This document shows, one piece after another, positions 51,433-63,446 of a DNA stretch of 64,000 nt. Source of the DNA: Octopus sinensis. Taxonomy: Eukaryota. The stretch covers positions 20,645,360 to 20,709,359 of the forward strand of contig NC_043019.1 of NCBI RefSeq assembly GCF_006345805.1, read 5' to 3'. The notes beneath the pieces are model-generated. The model was not told the origin of the DNA, did no database searches, and saw nothing but the letters and a program-made list of their open reading frames with translations. Within the stretch, counting starts at the first letter, position 1; each line of letters starts with the position of its first letter. A program made the position numbers and the translations under genes.

Positions 51433-52147
51433 TATATTTATATATATTACATACACTCTGCATACTCACTTTAATATATATGCTACACTTATATACACAC
51501 ATAAACACTCTCTCTAATATATATACTTACATCCAATCACACACACACATATACATGCAACCGCCCAAATATATACAAATGTACACACACACACATGCAA
51601 TCACCCAAACACACACACACACAAGATTGATTAAACCTATATACACAATCAAACACTCATACACACACATACACACACAAACATTCACTCATACACATGC
51701 ACACACACAGACAATCCCACACAAATACACACATTCTCACAAACACACTAATTCTCCCAAATAATTCTTCACAAGCACACACTCACTCTCGCAAACACAC
51801 ACGCATTCACCTGCACACACACACACACGCATGCAAACTATTACAAACACACACACATACACACACACACACACACACACATACATATACATTCGGGATA
51901 GGGTCTCAACTCCTGCTGCATGAAGAACTATCCAATCATTGCCATTTCTACTATTTACTTTGATGCCAAATTCTAAGGAAGGTGTGGCAGCACCATCTGT
52001 TTCTGTGAGAAATCAAAGCAGTCAGCATTTGGTGCTAATGATGATGCTCTACCAATTCAGTTCCTAACACTATTTTGCATTATTTCAGCAGCAGATTCCT
52101 TACTATACCAGCCTATCAACCTTTTCTACCTGGTTCTATCTTCTCAG

Positions 52148-52207
<60 letters not shown>

Positions 52208-52455
52208 CTTATATATTCATACACACATTCCTATACTCTTTTCTTAACCATCTAACTCAAGCTCCCTCCCGCTTTCTCTCTCTCTCTCTCATTATATATG
52301 TGTGTGTGTGTGTATCTTTGTTTGCTCTATCTATCTTCCTTCTCCTTTCTCTTTCTGTCTGTCACTTTCTTCATGCCTGCCCATTTGTCAGTTTCCACAC
52401 ACACACACACAGAGGCACACATGCACACACACACACCACACACACACACACACAC

Positions 52456-52506
<51 letters not shown>

Positions 52507-52575
52507 TATATATATAATATTATATATATATATTATATATATATATATATTATATATAATATATATATATATATA
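50130..52575. repeat. Cluster of (TA)n, (CA)n and (CAT)n microsatellites with interspersed repeat fragments
   Basis: Read directly from the sequence. Confidence 0.9.
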
Positions 52576-52973
52576 ATATATTATATAAATCTGAAGTGTC
52601 TGTGTGTGGCAGTTTGGTAGCCTTCAACTAACACTATCTCCTCCGAGACCCTGTGGCGCAAGTTGACCAAAATTGAGAGTATGATAGAAGAAGGCTTGCT
52701 CTTCATTCCGTAGAAAAAATTCCGTAGAAAAAATTCAAATCGGACCATGTTAACACCAAAAATTATTTACATCAAAAAGGTGCTTTTTTTTTCAATGAAA
52801 ACCCCTATTTTTTTACTACTGTATCATCATTTTCGGTGTTTTTCAACCAGAAAAATGTTCACTTAAAGAGAATAACAAGCTACATAATGCAAACTTTTTA
52901 CTTTTAAAAAATTCCAGTTCTAAAGGGTCGAAAAGAAAACAATCCCGAGCATACTGCCGGGTTATACTGCTAG
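52570..52973 (+). mobile_element. Non-autonomous Helitron-like element, second family
   Basis: Ends cccgagcatactgccggg (hairpin) ttatactgCTAG|T. The same 3' end occurs at about 17680-17747. The 5' boundary is hidden in (TA)n. Confidence 0.6.
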
Positions 52974-53295
52974 TATATTATATATATGTGTATATGATCG
53001 TGAGGTTGTGAGCTCGAGTCCCGGGCTGGGCTGCGTGTTGTGTTCTTGAGCAAGACACTTTATTTCACGTTGCTCCAGTTCACTCAGCTGTAGAAATGAG
53101 TTGTGACGTCACAGGTGCCAAGCTGTATTGGCCTTTGCCTTTCCCTTGGGTAACATCAGTGGTGTGGAGAGGGGAGGCTGGTATGTATGGGCAACTGCTG
53201 GCCTTCCATAAACAACCTTGTCCAGACTTGTGCCTTGGAGGGTAACTTTCAAGATGCAATCCCATGGTCATTCATGACTGAAGGGGGTCTCCTAT

Positions 53296-53900
53296 ATGAG
53301 GATTAGACAATAAATGTAAGCCAGTGTCAATGGTGGTTCCAGGAATTCTGAGCCGGAAACTACAGCCTAGAAGACGAGCCTCATCCTGGAAGATCTGTAG
53401 AGCTCAACAAGGATGTCCTGCAAAATCCCATTGTAACTGTTGAGGAACTAGCAGAGAAGCTTGGATTTTGTCATTCAACCATTCATCGACACTTGTGTGC
53501 CACCGGAAAAGTCTGCAAATTGGGTCAATGGGTTCCTCACAAACTTTCTGAGTCTAATAGCATGCAGAGAGTGAATGTGTGCCCTTCTTTGCTGTCACAT
53601 CTCAAGAATGAACCTTTTTTGGACCAAATGGACTCTGATGATGAGAAATGGGTTCTCTATAAAAATGTCAAAGCACTGAAGATAGTGGGTAGGTACCCCA
53701 AGCTAAAGAAGGTCTTCACCCACATACGGTGGGATATGAAAGGTTTATTCCACTTTGAACTTTTAGATCCAAACCAAACAATAACAAAGGAGATCTACTG
53801 TGAGCAGCTTGAGCGGCTTAAGTCAGTGCCGGATGAAAGATGACCATCTTTGGTTTCAAGATGAAAGGTGTTCTTCATTCAGGATAATGCCTGGCCACTT
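53296..53900 (+). mobile_element. Degenerate mariner (Tc1/mariner) transposase
   Basis: HTH region LEDEPHPGR and TVEELAEKLGFCHSTIHRHL, WVPHKL linker, DDEKWVLY (first catalytic Asp) and IQDNAWP (second). Internal deletion and stops. Confidence 0.9.
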
Positions 53901-54039
53901 ACTCTTGTGTGTTTACGTATTCATCACTTATTAGTGATGTCCTGTACTTAATGTGTTTTTATATATACATACACACACACACATATACACATACACATAT
54001 ATACAAAGAGGGTGGGGAGAGAGATTGATAGATAGGCAG

Positions 54040-54076
<37 letters not shown>

Positions 54077-54120
54077 TCACATAAGTGTTAAGAAGGGTAT
54101 GTGATGCCAGGAATATATAT

Positions 54121-55150
54121 TATGATATGTAAAAAAAATACAAACTGTGACAAGAACGCATAACACTTAGAAGACGATACAACAAACACAGACAGGACAT
54201 TCGAAGCCCTCAGTCTTCAGTCAAGAACCGGATCATCGTAGTAATTTCGGCTGATTAATCTTGAGATTACTAGATCCGGCCACCCCTCCAGGAAAAACTA
54301 AGCAACGAGCATTAGAAAAACTAAGCTATGTGAGCACATATTCTTGTAAATTTGGTACTCTACACTATTTGTCTCTCTCTCTTATTCTACGTTGATCTGT
54401 CCCCTTCTCTCTCTCTTCTCTCTACTCATCCTCCTTTTCTCTTGCCTCTGATTCTTTGGTCTACTCTTCCCCTACCCTTCCATTTCTTTGTCTTGCCTTG
54501 CACTCACAGGTCAATCTTTGACACCTATCCCTTCTCCCCTCTCTAATTCCTTCTTTCTCTCTCTTCTCCCCCCTTGTTGCTTTCGTCCCTCTTCTCTCTC
54601 TCTTCCTTCCTTTGCCTCCCTTTCTTTTCTTTTCTCTCTTCTCCGTCACGTGACTGCTGGCCAAAATCCGCCTTTCGGCCTCTGACCAGCGCCGTGACAA
54701 CATCGTTGTCCTTGTTCGCCGTTAAGGCTTCACCGTTAAGGCAATTTTTCCAAAATACGCCAGCCAAACTTGTTTGCACTGTTAATAGTCGTAAGACACC
54801 TGCTGTTTTTACCATTATCGCTTTTGTATTTCATGTTTTTGTATTCCATTATTGTTTTTTGTTTTTTATATTCGTGTGGCACCGTCCGTTTTGGTGTCCC
54901 TGTGTTCGTATGCATTCAATCCTTCTTCCAGGAAATCTACGCTCCTAGCTTAGTTTTTCTAATGCTCGTTGCTTAGTTTTTCCTGGAGGGCTGGCCGGAT
55001 CTAGTAATCTCAAGATTAATCAGCCGAAATTACTACGATGATCCGGTTCTTGACTGAAGACTGAGGGCTTCGAATGTCCTGTCTGTGTTTGTTGTATCGT
55101 CTTCTAAGTGTTATGAGTTCTTGTCACAGTTTGTATTTTTTTTACATATC

Positions 55151-55153
<3 letters not shown>
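54121..55153. repeat. About 208-bp near-identical inverted repeats (54121-54328 and 54946-55153) around a 617-bp spacer
   Basis: The arms match by eye with only a few mismatches. Confidence 0.9.
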
Positions 55154-55211
<58 letters not shown>

Positions 55212-55421
55212 TATATATAAAGTTAATCCAAACAAGAAAGCACAAAAAAAACACATCAACGTGAGGACGTGGAACAAATATAGTATTATTGGACGCTCAG
55301 GAAAGAAGGAGGGTTTAACGTTTCGAGCGGAGTTCTTCATCGAAAACATAGGAGAAGGAAAGATCCAGAGAAGGGAAGACAGAGGAAAAAAAATCGCCAA
55401 AGGTACACACGAGGTCACATT

Positions 55422-55454
<33 letters not shown>

Positions 55455-55470
55455 GACATACACATGATGC

Positions 55471-55509
<39 letters not shown>

Positions 55510-55629
55510 GGAGAGGAGTGTATTTGCTAATATAAAAATCCATATTATTTGGCAATATGGATTTTATATCAACGGACATGCAAGACAATATCCCTTCATG
55601 TTCCGTGACACACTTATTACGTCATAATC

Positions 55630-55650
55630 CTAACCTCTCTCCCCTCTACC

Positions 55651-55682
<32 letters not shown>

Positions 55683-56400
55683 CAGCAACAATAACAACCC
55701 CCCACCCTCTATCACCATCGCCACCATCACTGCAATCACCACTGCCGCCGCCACACTAATACTTTCATAATAATGGTCCAATTGTAAATTTTTCGCTTTT
55801 GCCACTTCTCTCCCCCCGCCACTTCCAGTGGTGGTTCTTGTTCCTGTCCTTATTATAACACTGCATGTAGATTCACCTTTGTTTATTGTTAGTATCAGTA
55901 ACAGTCGCAGTAGTAGTAACAGTAGTAGTAGTAGTAGTAGTAGTAGTAACAGTAGTACAATCATTCTTGTTATCGTTATAGTAATAATCATAGAAATAAT
56001 AATTCCAGCAAAAAAAAAAAAAAAAAAAATTTCATCACCATCATCTTCATAATCACTATCATCATTATCATCATCATCATCATCACTGTCATCATTGTCA
56101 TCATCAGCATCATCAACTTTACTGTTACTTCCCTCATCACCATCACCCCCTCCTTCATTGCAAGCATAACAGGAACTTGATGTAGCCGTTTGAAATAGCA
56201 CTCAAATTTTCCTCAGATAATCAACTTCTCACTCTCTCTCTCTCTCTCTTGCTCTCTTTCTCTCCCCCTTTCTCTTCTTCTCTCTCGTCTCTTTTTTTCC
56301 CTTTCTCTCTCCTTTCCCCTTTCCCTCCCTCCCACTCTCTTTCCCTCTCTCTCTCTTTCCTTCTCTCTCTCTCTCCCCCTTTATCTATATACACACACAT
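55630..56400. repeat. Compound trinucleotide low-complexity tract (ACC, AAC, AGT, ATC) followed by a CT-rich tract
   Basis: Read directly; stops or homopolymeric peptides in all frames. Confidence 0.85.
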
Positions 56401-56435
56401 GCACATACGTATGCATTGTGTATATATATATATTA

Positions 56436-57030
56436 TCTATACAATTATGTTACATTACTCGGTAGTCAAGATAAAACTCTGAGTTTCAGATGCCGAAGGG
56501 GAAATCCACAACCCATCTTTTCGGTTATCTGGCTATTTTAAAACGTTTCAAATAGCCAGATAACCGAAGAGATGGTGTTGTGGATTTCCACTTTGGCATC
56601 TGAAACTCAGAGTTTTCTTGACTACCGAGTAATGTAACATATTGTAAGATAAATTTCTCTATTTTACATAATATGAGGTCTCTTTCTTTCTTTTGTTATC
56701 TACCGTTTTAAATAATACATCACCTCCGGACGACGTTATTCTCAACTAGAGCTAATACGACTACCTTCTTGGGATTATCGCCTAACATCGGTTGAGGACT
56801 CTCACAAACAAAAGAATCTAATATGGACGCATATCACATAGATTATTCTATGAAAAGAACGTTTTCAAATAGCCAGATAACCGAAGAGATGGTGTTGTGG
56901 ATTTCCACTTCGGCATCTGAAACTCAGAGTTTTATCTTGACTACCGAGTAATGTAACATATTGTATAGATAAATTTCCTCTATTTACATAATATTGAGGT
57001 CTCTTTCTTTCTTTTGTTATCTTACCGTTT
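56436..57030. repeat. Inverted-plus-tandem repeat carrying hammerhead-like motifs (Penelope pLTR or retrozyme-like)
   Basis: About 105-bp palindrome arms centred on aaacgttt (56541-56548), plus a direct repeat at about 56546-56708 and 56859-57030. Confidence 0.8.
56875..56937 (+). ncRNA. Putative type I hammerhead ribozyme variant
   Basis: Stem I AGATAA/TTATCT, core CCGAAGA, stem II GATG...CATC, GAAA, stem III ACTC-A-GAGT and GTT cleavage triplet. Deviates from the canonical core (C at position 4, extra T before GAAA). Confidence 0.5.
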
Positions 57031-57031
57031 T

Positions 57032-57069
<38 letters not shown>

Positions 57070-57088
57070 GGAGTATACATACACACAT

Positions 57089-57122
<34 letters not shown>

Positions 57123-57404
57123 CTTTCTTTTCTTTTTCTCTCTTTTACTTGTTTCAGTCATTTGACTGCGGCCATGCTGGAGCACCACCTTTAGTCGAGC
57201 AAATCGACCCCGGGACTTATTCTTTGTAAGCCCAGTACTTATTCTATCGGTCTCTTTTGCCGTTGGACAAAATAATGGAAAAACCTAGCATCATAGCATC
57301 ATAATTTTAAAATATCTATAAAACCATCAAAAGCTTATTTTTAATTACCATCAAAAGCTTGTATTTTAACTACCTTTCAGAAAATGGTAATTAAAATTCA
57401 TTAA

Positions 57405-58420
57405 AATGACAGATCTATCAGGAAAGCAGACAAACCACAAATGCCTTCAGGTAGATGGCCCTGCTTGATCTGTAGGAAAGGCATAAGTAGAAATTCCATA
57501 AGATGTATCTGGTGCATGTTATGGACAAATAAGAGGTGCAGCAATATCAGAGGAAGATTAACTTTGAATTTTTGTTTTGTGTGTGGAAGGTGCACAGGTA
57601 CAATAAACACTAAAAATGTACAGAAAAGAGACTCCATTAAATGCCAGGTGGGTAAGTTAGAGGTAGTTGATAGCTTGCATTATCTAGGTGACCAAGACAG
57701 TAGTGAAGGTGGATGCTCCAAGAGCATAGCTGTAAGAATAAGAATAGGTTGGGCAGAGTTCAGAGAGCTCCTACCTCTGTTGGCAACAAAGGACCTCTCC
57801 CTCTGAGTGAAAGGCAGGTTGTATGATGCCTGTGTGTGAACAGCTATGCTACATGGCAGTGAAATATGGGCTGTGACTGCTGAGGACATGCATAGGCTTG
57901 TAAGAAATGAAGCAAGCATGCTTTGCTGGATGTGCAATGTCAGTGTGCATGCACAACAGAGTGTAAGCATCTTGAGAGAAAAGTTAGGCATAAGAGGTAT
58001 CAGGTGTGGTGTGCAAGAGAGACTACTGCACTGGTATTGTCATGTGATGTGGTGAGCTGGCAGAAACGTTAACACGCCGAGCAAAATGCTTAGCCATATT
58101 TCGTCTGCCGTTACATTCTGAGTTCAAATTCTGCCAAGGTCGACTTTGCCTTTCATCCTTTCGAGGTTGATAAATTAAGTTACGCACTGGGGTCGATGTA
58201 ATCGACTTAAACTGTTTGTCTGTTCTTGTTTGTCCCCTCTGTGTCTAGCCCCTTGTGGGTAGTAAAGAAATAGGTATGGTCATATGATGCCTATGGATGA
58301 GGACAGCTGTGTAAAGAAGTGCTGATCTCTAACTGTGGGGGGAACCTGTGGATGGATGAGGTAAACCCAGGAAAACATGGTACAAGGTGGCATAGCATAA
58401 TCTTTGAATGTTGGGTGCCA
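57405..58420 (+). mobile_element. Degenerate RTE-clade LINE ORF (3' part of RT plus downstream region)
   Basis: WPCLICRKGISRNSIRCIWCMLWTNKRCS, then EVVDSLHYLGD (RT YLG motif), RIRIGWAEFRELLPLL, KGRLYDACV, MLHGSEIWAV and LHWYCHVM. Contains stops and a SINE insertion. Confidence 0.88.
58051..58274 (+). mobile_element. SINE family A copy nested in an RTE LINE
   Basis: Interrupts the RTE reading frame and is flanked by a degenerate direct repeat, tattgtcatgtgatg / tatggtcatatgatg. Confidence 0.85.
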
Positions 58421-59513
58421 TGGAGGGAATGAATAGTGACCGAGACCTTTGGTGATATGCTGTGCTGGAGAAGACCTATCAAGCCGAGTGAAATTGTAGT
58501 TGTGGCTATTGCTGGTGTAATGTAACTGGCACCTGTGCTGCTGGAATGCAAAAAGCACCTTTTGAACAATGGGCTTCATGAAGGCAATGCAGCCGATGCT
58601 GGTATTGCATAACTAGCACCTGTGTTGGTGGCAAGTAAAAAGCACCTTTTGAGCATTGGTTCTCATGGAGGTAAAGACAAATAACTGAGACCTTTGGCAA
58701 CATGCTGTGCTTGAGTAGAAGACCCATCAAACCAAGTGAAATCACAGTTGTGGCAGATATTGGTGTCACGCACCTGGCACCTGTGCTGGTGGCACATAAA
58801 AGCATCCATTACACTCAGAGTGGTTGGCATTAGGAAGGGCATCCAGCCATAGAAACCATGCCAAATCAGACTGGAGGCTGGTGCAGCCCCTCAACTTACT
58901 AGCCCAGTCAAACTGTCCAACCCATGCCAGCATGGACAACAGACGTTAAATGATGTTGATGTTGATGATGATATATATATAAACAAAGTTGTACATAATT
59001 TCCCTCTTTCTCTCACATACCCACTCTCTCTCTCTCTTTTATTTTTACTCCCACTGCCACCATCAACACTACTACTTTTAATAAAACATCATCAACTCTC
59101 CCTAAGTTTCTTTCTCTCTCTTTCTCTGCCTGTCTTTGCAACTGCCCTCACCGTCTCTATGCCTACTATTACTCTCACCCCATCATGAGGAATAGTGGAA
59201 GTGCCATTGAACAGTGAGAGAGGGGATCTAAGTGTGACACACTGACACACAGAAATTAGTTTTTTAACTTATTATATTAGATATATATATATAGTTATAA
59301 AATCCCAAGGAGAGATAGAGTAGTAATGTATACTAAACTGTAAAGTGAGTAGCCACATCAAAGTAGCAAATGAATGTTACTACTAGTTTAACCCTAGGCG
59401 GTTTCTCTGCCAGCTGGTTTTCGGTGCAAGCTCTGCACCATTTATGTACAGTAGATCACTAGCAGAGGGAGAGAACCCTTTCTACCCTCCAACAGCTGAC
59501 AGGATCGGCCGGT

Positions 59514-59930
59514 TACTCTTTTACTTGTTTTAGTCATTTTGACTGTGGCCATGCTGGAACATCGCCTTTAATCGAGCAAATAGACTCCAGGACTTATTCT
59601 TTGTAAGCCTAGTATTTATTTTATCAGTCTCTTTTGCTGAACCACTAAGTTACGGGGGACGTAAACACACCAGCATTTGTTGTCAAGCAATGTTGGTGGG
59701 ACAAACACAGACACACAAACATATACACACACACATATATATATATATATGTATATAAATATATTCAACGGGCTTCTTTCAGTTTCCATCTACCAAATCC
59801 ACTCACAAGGTTTTGGTCGGCCTGAGGCTATAGTGGAAGACACTTGCCCTAGGTGCCATGCAGTGGGACTGATCCCGGAACCATGTGGTTGGTAAGCAAG
59901 CTACTTACCACACAGCCACTCCTGTGCCTA
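59514..59930 (-). mobile_element. SINE family B copy
   Basis: Full-length match to 15375-15778. Confidence 0.85.
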
Positions 59931-60846
59931 TGTTTCAAACTATTTGGCTAATGTTAGCCATACGCAACTGCACAGTGGAGTGTAGCTAAGATCCGCTTCT
60001 GCCAGCGATATATTGTAAACAAAGTGACCATAGGTCACTGACTTGCAACAAGTAAAATAACTAGTTATACGATCTCAAGAAGAGATAGATTAGTAATGTA
60101 TACTAAACAGTAAAGCGAATAGCAATAGTGGAATGTTACTACTAGTTTAACTCTTTGCTTATCCTTATATTTACTCCTATATTTATACATATGCACACAT
60201 ACACACATCAACAGTGCAATATAATCAGGACGTTTATTCCAGTGAAAGCAAAGGTTCAAGCGAAACCACAATAACAGAAACGACAGCAATAGAACAAAAA
60301 ATAAAATCAAAATTGAAACAACAACAAAATTAAATAAAAGTTTTAAATTACAAGAAAATCCTGGCCATATCTAACGTCCTGTATGATGAGACAGAACTGG
60401 AGTGGGTTGATAGGAAATGAGTCAACGATGGCTTTAAAGCCAGCAGGCAGACAATGCAGGTGTTGCATGCAAACTGTATATGCTATGTATATGTACATGT
60501 TGTAGCCTACTGGTTAGGGTATTCAACACACGATTGTAATGTTGTGGGTTCAATTTCTGGACTGGATAAGTGTGTTATGGCTCTTCGTGCAAGGCATTTC
60601 ATTTCACATTGTTGTTGTCTATTAAGCTAAAAATGAATACCAGCCAAGTACTGGAGCAGCTCTGTCCGTCTGTCTCTTCTCTCTCTCTTTCTCCTTTTAT
60701 CTGTCACATTCTTGAAGAGCCACTTGATCAAAGGATGGGTGTCTATATTGTCTGTTTGCAACTAAAACAATTAGTGAAAGTGAAAGCATGGTACATTCTC
60801 CCTGGGTAAATTCAATTGCAGGTGACAGCTGGCTCTTTATATATAT

Positions 60847-61045
60847 ACTAGCACTATGACCCGGCAACGCTTGTGCATGCATATACAGCTGTGTGTGTGC
60901 GCACATACATGCGAGTACTGTCCAAATCTCCGACCAATCACATACAGCTAGCTGGTATTCAATTGGCGTATCAAGTTTCAGGCATTTTGATTGGGTTTGG
61001 GATAGAAAATTCACAAAAAAGTCACTTCTATTGATTTTTTTAATG
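60847..61045 (-). mobile_element. Helitron-like element, same family as 1-193
   Basis: Reverse complement of bases 1-150 (shared ...ggagatttggacagtactcgc...), ending gccgggtcatagtgCTAG|T on the minus strand. Confidence 0.65.
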
Positions 61046-62198
61046 GCTTTGCGGGGTGACTGGGGAAATGTAAAGATGTGCACGACCATCCTTGGATGGT
61101 TTTGAATGACCATAGAAAGTGCGAGCCCTCTAACTGAAATATTGTGGATTTGTATAAAGGACACACACACACAGACATTTTGCCATTTATATATATAAAT
61201 AGAAAGTACAGGACATCACCAATGAGTGAAAATTACGTAGACACATGAGCAATAAGTACGAGATAAATTACCAAAAAATCTACAATAAGAATAGGACATT
61301 ACTAACGAGTGAAAAATACATAAACACATAATGAGCGACAAGTATAGGACAAAATATCAAAACAAGAAGTCTAACCCCTCCTCACTTGTCGACTGTTAAT
61401 TACTCCATATTTCAAGCTTTCGATGACAATATAGGAAAACTTCATAAAACAGCAGCATCCAGAAATTCTTAAAATATAAAATTTGTGGAAAGCTAGAGCT
61501 TTGAACGAACAAACAACAACAGAATGGATGTACAGAGTAAACCATCGATGAAGTCAAACGTTAAGGGCTGTTAGGCCAAGACGCATTGTAATGGGTAACG
61601 CCTGGGAGAAATCTTGAAAGGACATAGAATAAATACAAGAGAAGAAAATAGTAGAAGAGAAAAAAGAGAGGAAAATGTTGGGAGGCGAGAAAAATGACGT
61701 CCAGCTCAATATGTGTTGCGTCTAGAAAAGACAGAGGTGAGAAAAAATGGTCTGTATTCACGTGGGAACAAACAGATAGGAGAAGGGAGACAGGAGAGAG
61801 GATGAAGGAAAGAAACAAAGGGAGTGAGGAGAAGGGAGCAGGAATGAAAGATAGTAAAGGGTCAAAGAAAGATAGACAGGGGACAGCAAAGAAGGAGGGG
61901 AAGAAGTGGAAAATAAAGAAGATTGTAGAGGGCTAGAGAGAAATAAAGACAGAAAGAAAGAGAACAGAGAGTAGAGTCGCAGTTATCTTATATATAAAAA
62001 GCAAGCTGTTTGTTTGAGTCAAGTTGCTGTTTACACCTATTAATGAATTTTTGTGGGGCATCAGGCAGGTATACACTGTGCACCCTAATCAGCTGGATCA
62101 AATTAATTCTAATTTAATCAAGCTTTATGCACATCAGCGAACTAATTCAGTAGAGAAATACTTCTTTTAGTAGAAGGTTCTGCATAAAATCTAATGGA

Positions 62199-62364
62199 AG
62201 GCGCAGGAGTGGCTGTGTGGTAAGTAGCTTGCTTACCAACCACATGGTTCCGAGTTCAGTCCCACTGCGTAGCACCTTGCGTAAGTGTCTTCTACTATAG
62301 CCTCGATCTGACCAAAGCCTTGTAAGTGGATTTGGTAGACGGAAACTGAAAGAAGCCCATCGTA

Positions 62365-62411
<47 letters not shown>

Positions 62412-62640
62412 GTGTGTGTGTGTTTGTGTGTCTGTGCTTGTCCCCCTAGCATTGCTTGACAACCGATGCTGGTGTTTATGTCCCTGTTACTTAGCGGTTC
62501 GGCAAAAGAGACCAATAGAATAAGTACTGGGCTTACAAAAGAATAAGCTCCGGGGTCGAGTTGCTCGATTAAAGGCGGTGCTCCAGCATGGCCGCAGTCA
62601 AATATGACTGAAACAAGTAAAAGAGTAAAGAGAGTAAAGA
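62199..62640 (+). mobile_element. SINE family B copy (plus orientation)
   Basis: aggcgcaggagtggctgtgtgg head through gactgaaacaagtaaaagagtaaagag tail. Further partial copies near 4300, 7290, 17160, 24640, 25360, 36920, 57135 and 63470. Confidence 0.88.
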
Positions 62641-63149
62641 GAAGACTTCTTGATTTCTCCTTTAGTGATGAACCTGAGGCACAGAGAAACTTGCTCAACA
62701 CTACTGATGTCTGATGGTTCATCAACAACAACAGAATATCCTAACCACTTTGTTGCATCATTTGCACTGAAGGCTAATATAACTTCAGCCAGTGCAGCAA
62801 TAATTTCATTTTGAACTATTGATGAACTCTAGTTTGCAGTTTTTCTCCAAGAAATATTCTTGGATTGAAGATGTAGAAGTTCCAAAAAGCCAACACCCTT
62901 TATCCTTAATCTTTTATTTGTTAAAGTCATTAGACTGTGGCCATGCTGGGGCATTGCCTTGAAGAATTTTTAGTCAAATGAAGCAATCTCAATAGTAAAC
63001 TCTGTTAAATCTGACACTTATTCTATTGGTATCTTTTGTCGAACTGCTAAGTTACAGGGTTGTAAATACACCAACACCAGTTGTCAAGTGGTGGTGGGGG
63101 GACAGATACAGATACAAAGAGACATACACACACACACATATATATATGT

Positions 63150-63446
63150 GGAGGCACAATGGCCTAGTGGTTAGGGCAGTGGACTTGCGGTCGTAGGATC
63201 GCGGTTTCGATTCCCAGACCGGGCGTTGTGAGTGTTTATTGAGCGAAAAACACCTTAAGCTCCACGAGGCTCTGGCAGGGAGTGGTGGTGATCCCTGCTG
63301 TACTCTTTCCCCACAACTTTCTCTCACTCTTTCTTCTGTTGGCCTGCTCACTTAGCCAGTGGGTGGCATCATAGAAGGCTAAAACACTGCGAAGCGCATT
63401 GTGACCAGCGATGTGTAGCAACATCTGATAGCCTGGTCGGTCACGA
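63150..63446 (+). mobile_element. tRNA-derived SINE, family C (possibly related to the published octopus tRNA-derived SINEs)
   Basis: Head with A box TGGCCTAGTGG and B box GGTTTCGATTCCC, followed by the SINE body. Its 3' part recurs inverted at about 43744-43855 and its middle at about 8538-8640. Confidence 0.8.

Noticed and set aside
55617-56201. 194-aa acidic/poly-Leu ORF and His/Gln/Pro-rich alternative frames
   Set aside because: Compound trinucleotide repeats with an A20 run, no domain-like sequence and no convincing splice sites.
63150-63222. tRNA gene
   Set aside because: A and B boxes are present, but there is no clean acceptor stem or terminator and the sequence runs into a SINE body repeated elsewhere.
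48800-63424. Recurrent similar short ORFs (FQSFDCGHAGAPPL..., SVSVYQIHSQG...)
   Set aside because: These are translations of SINE family B copies, not a gene family.
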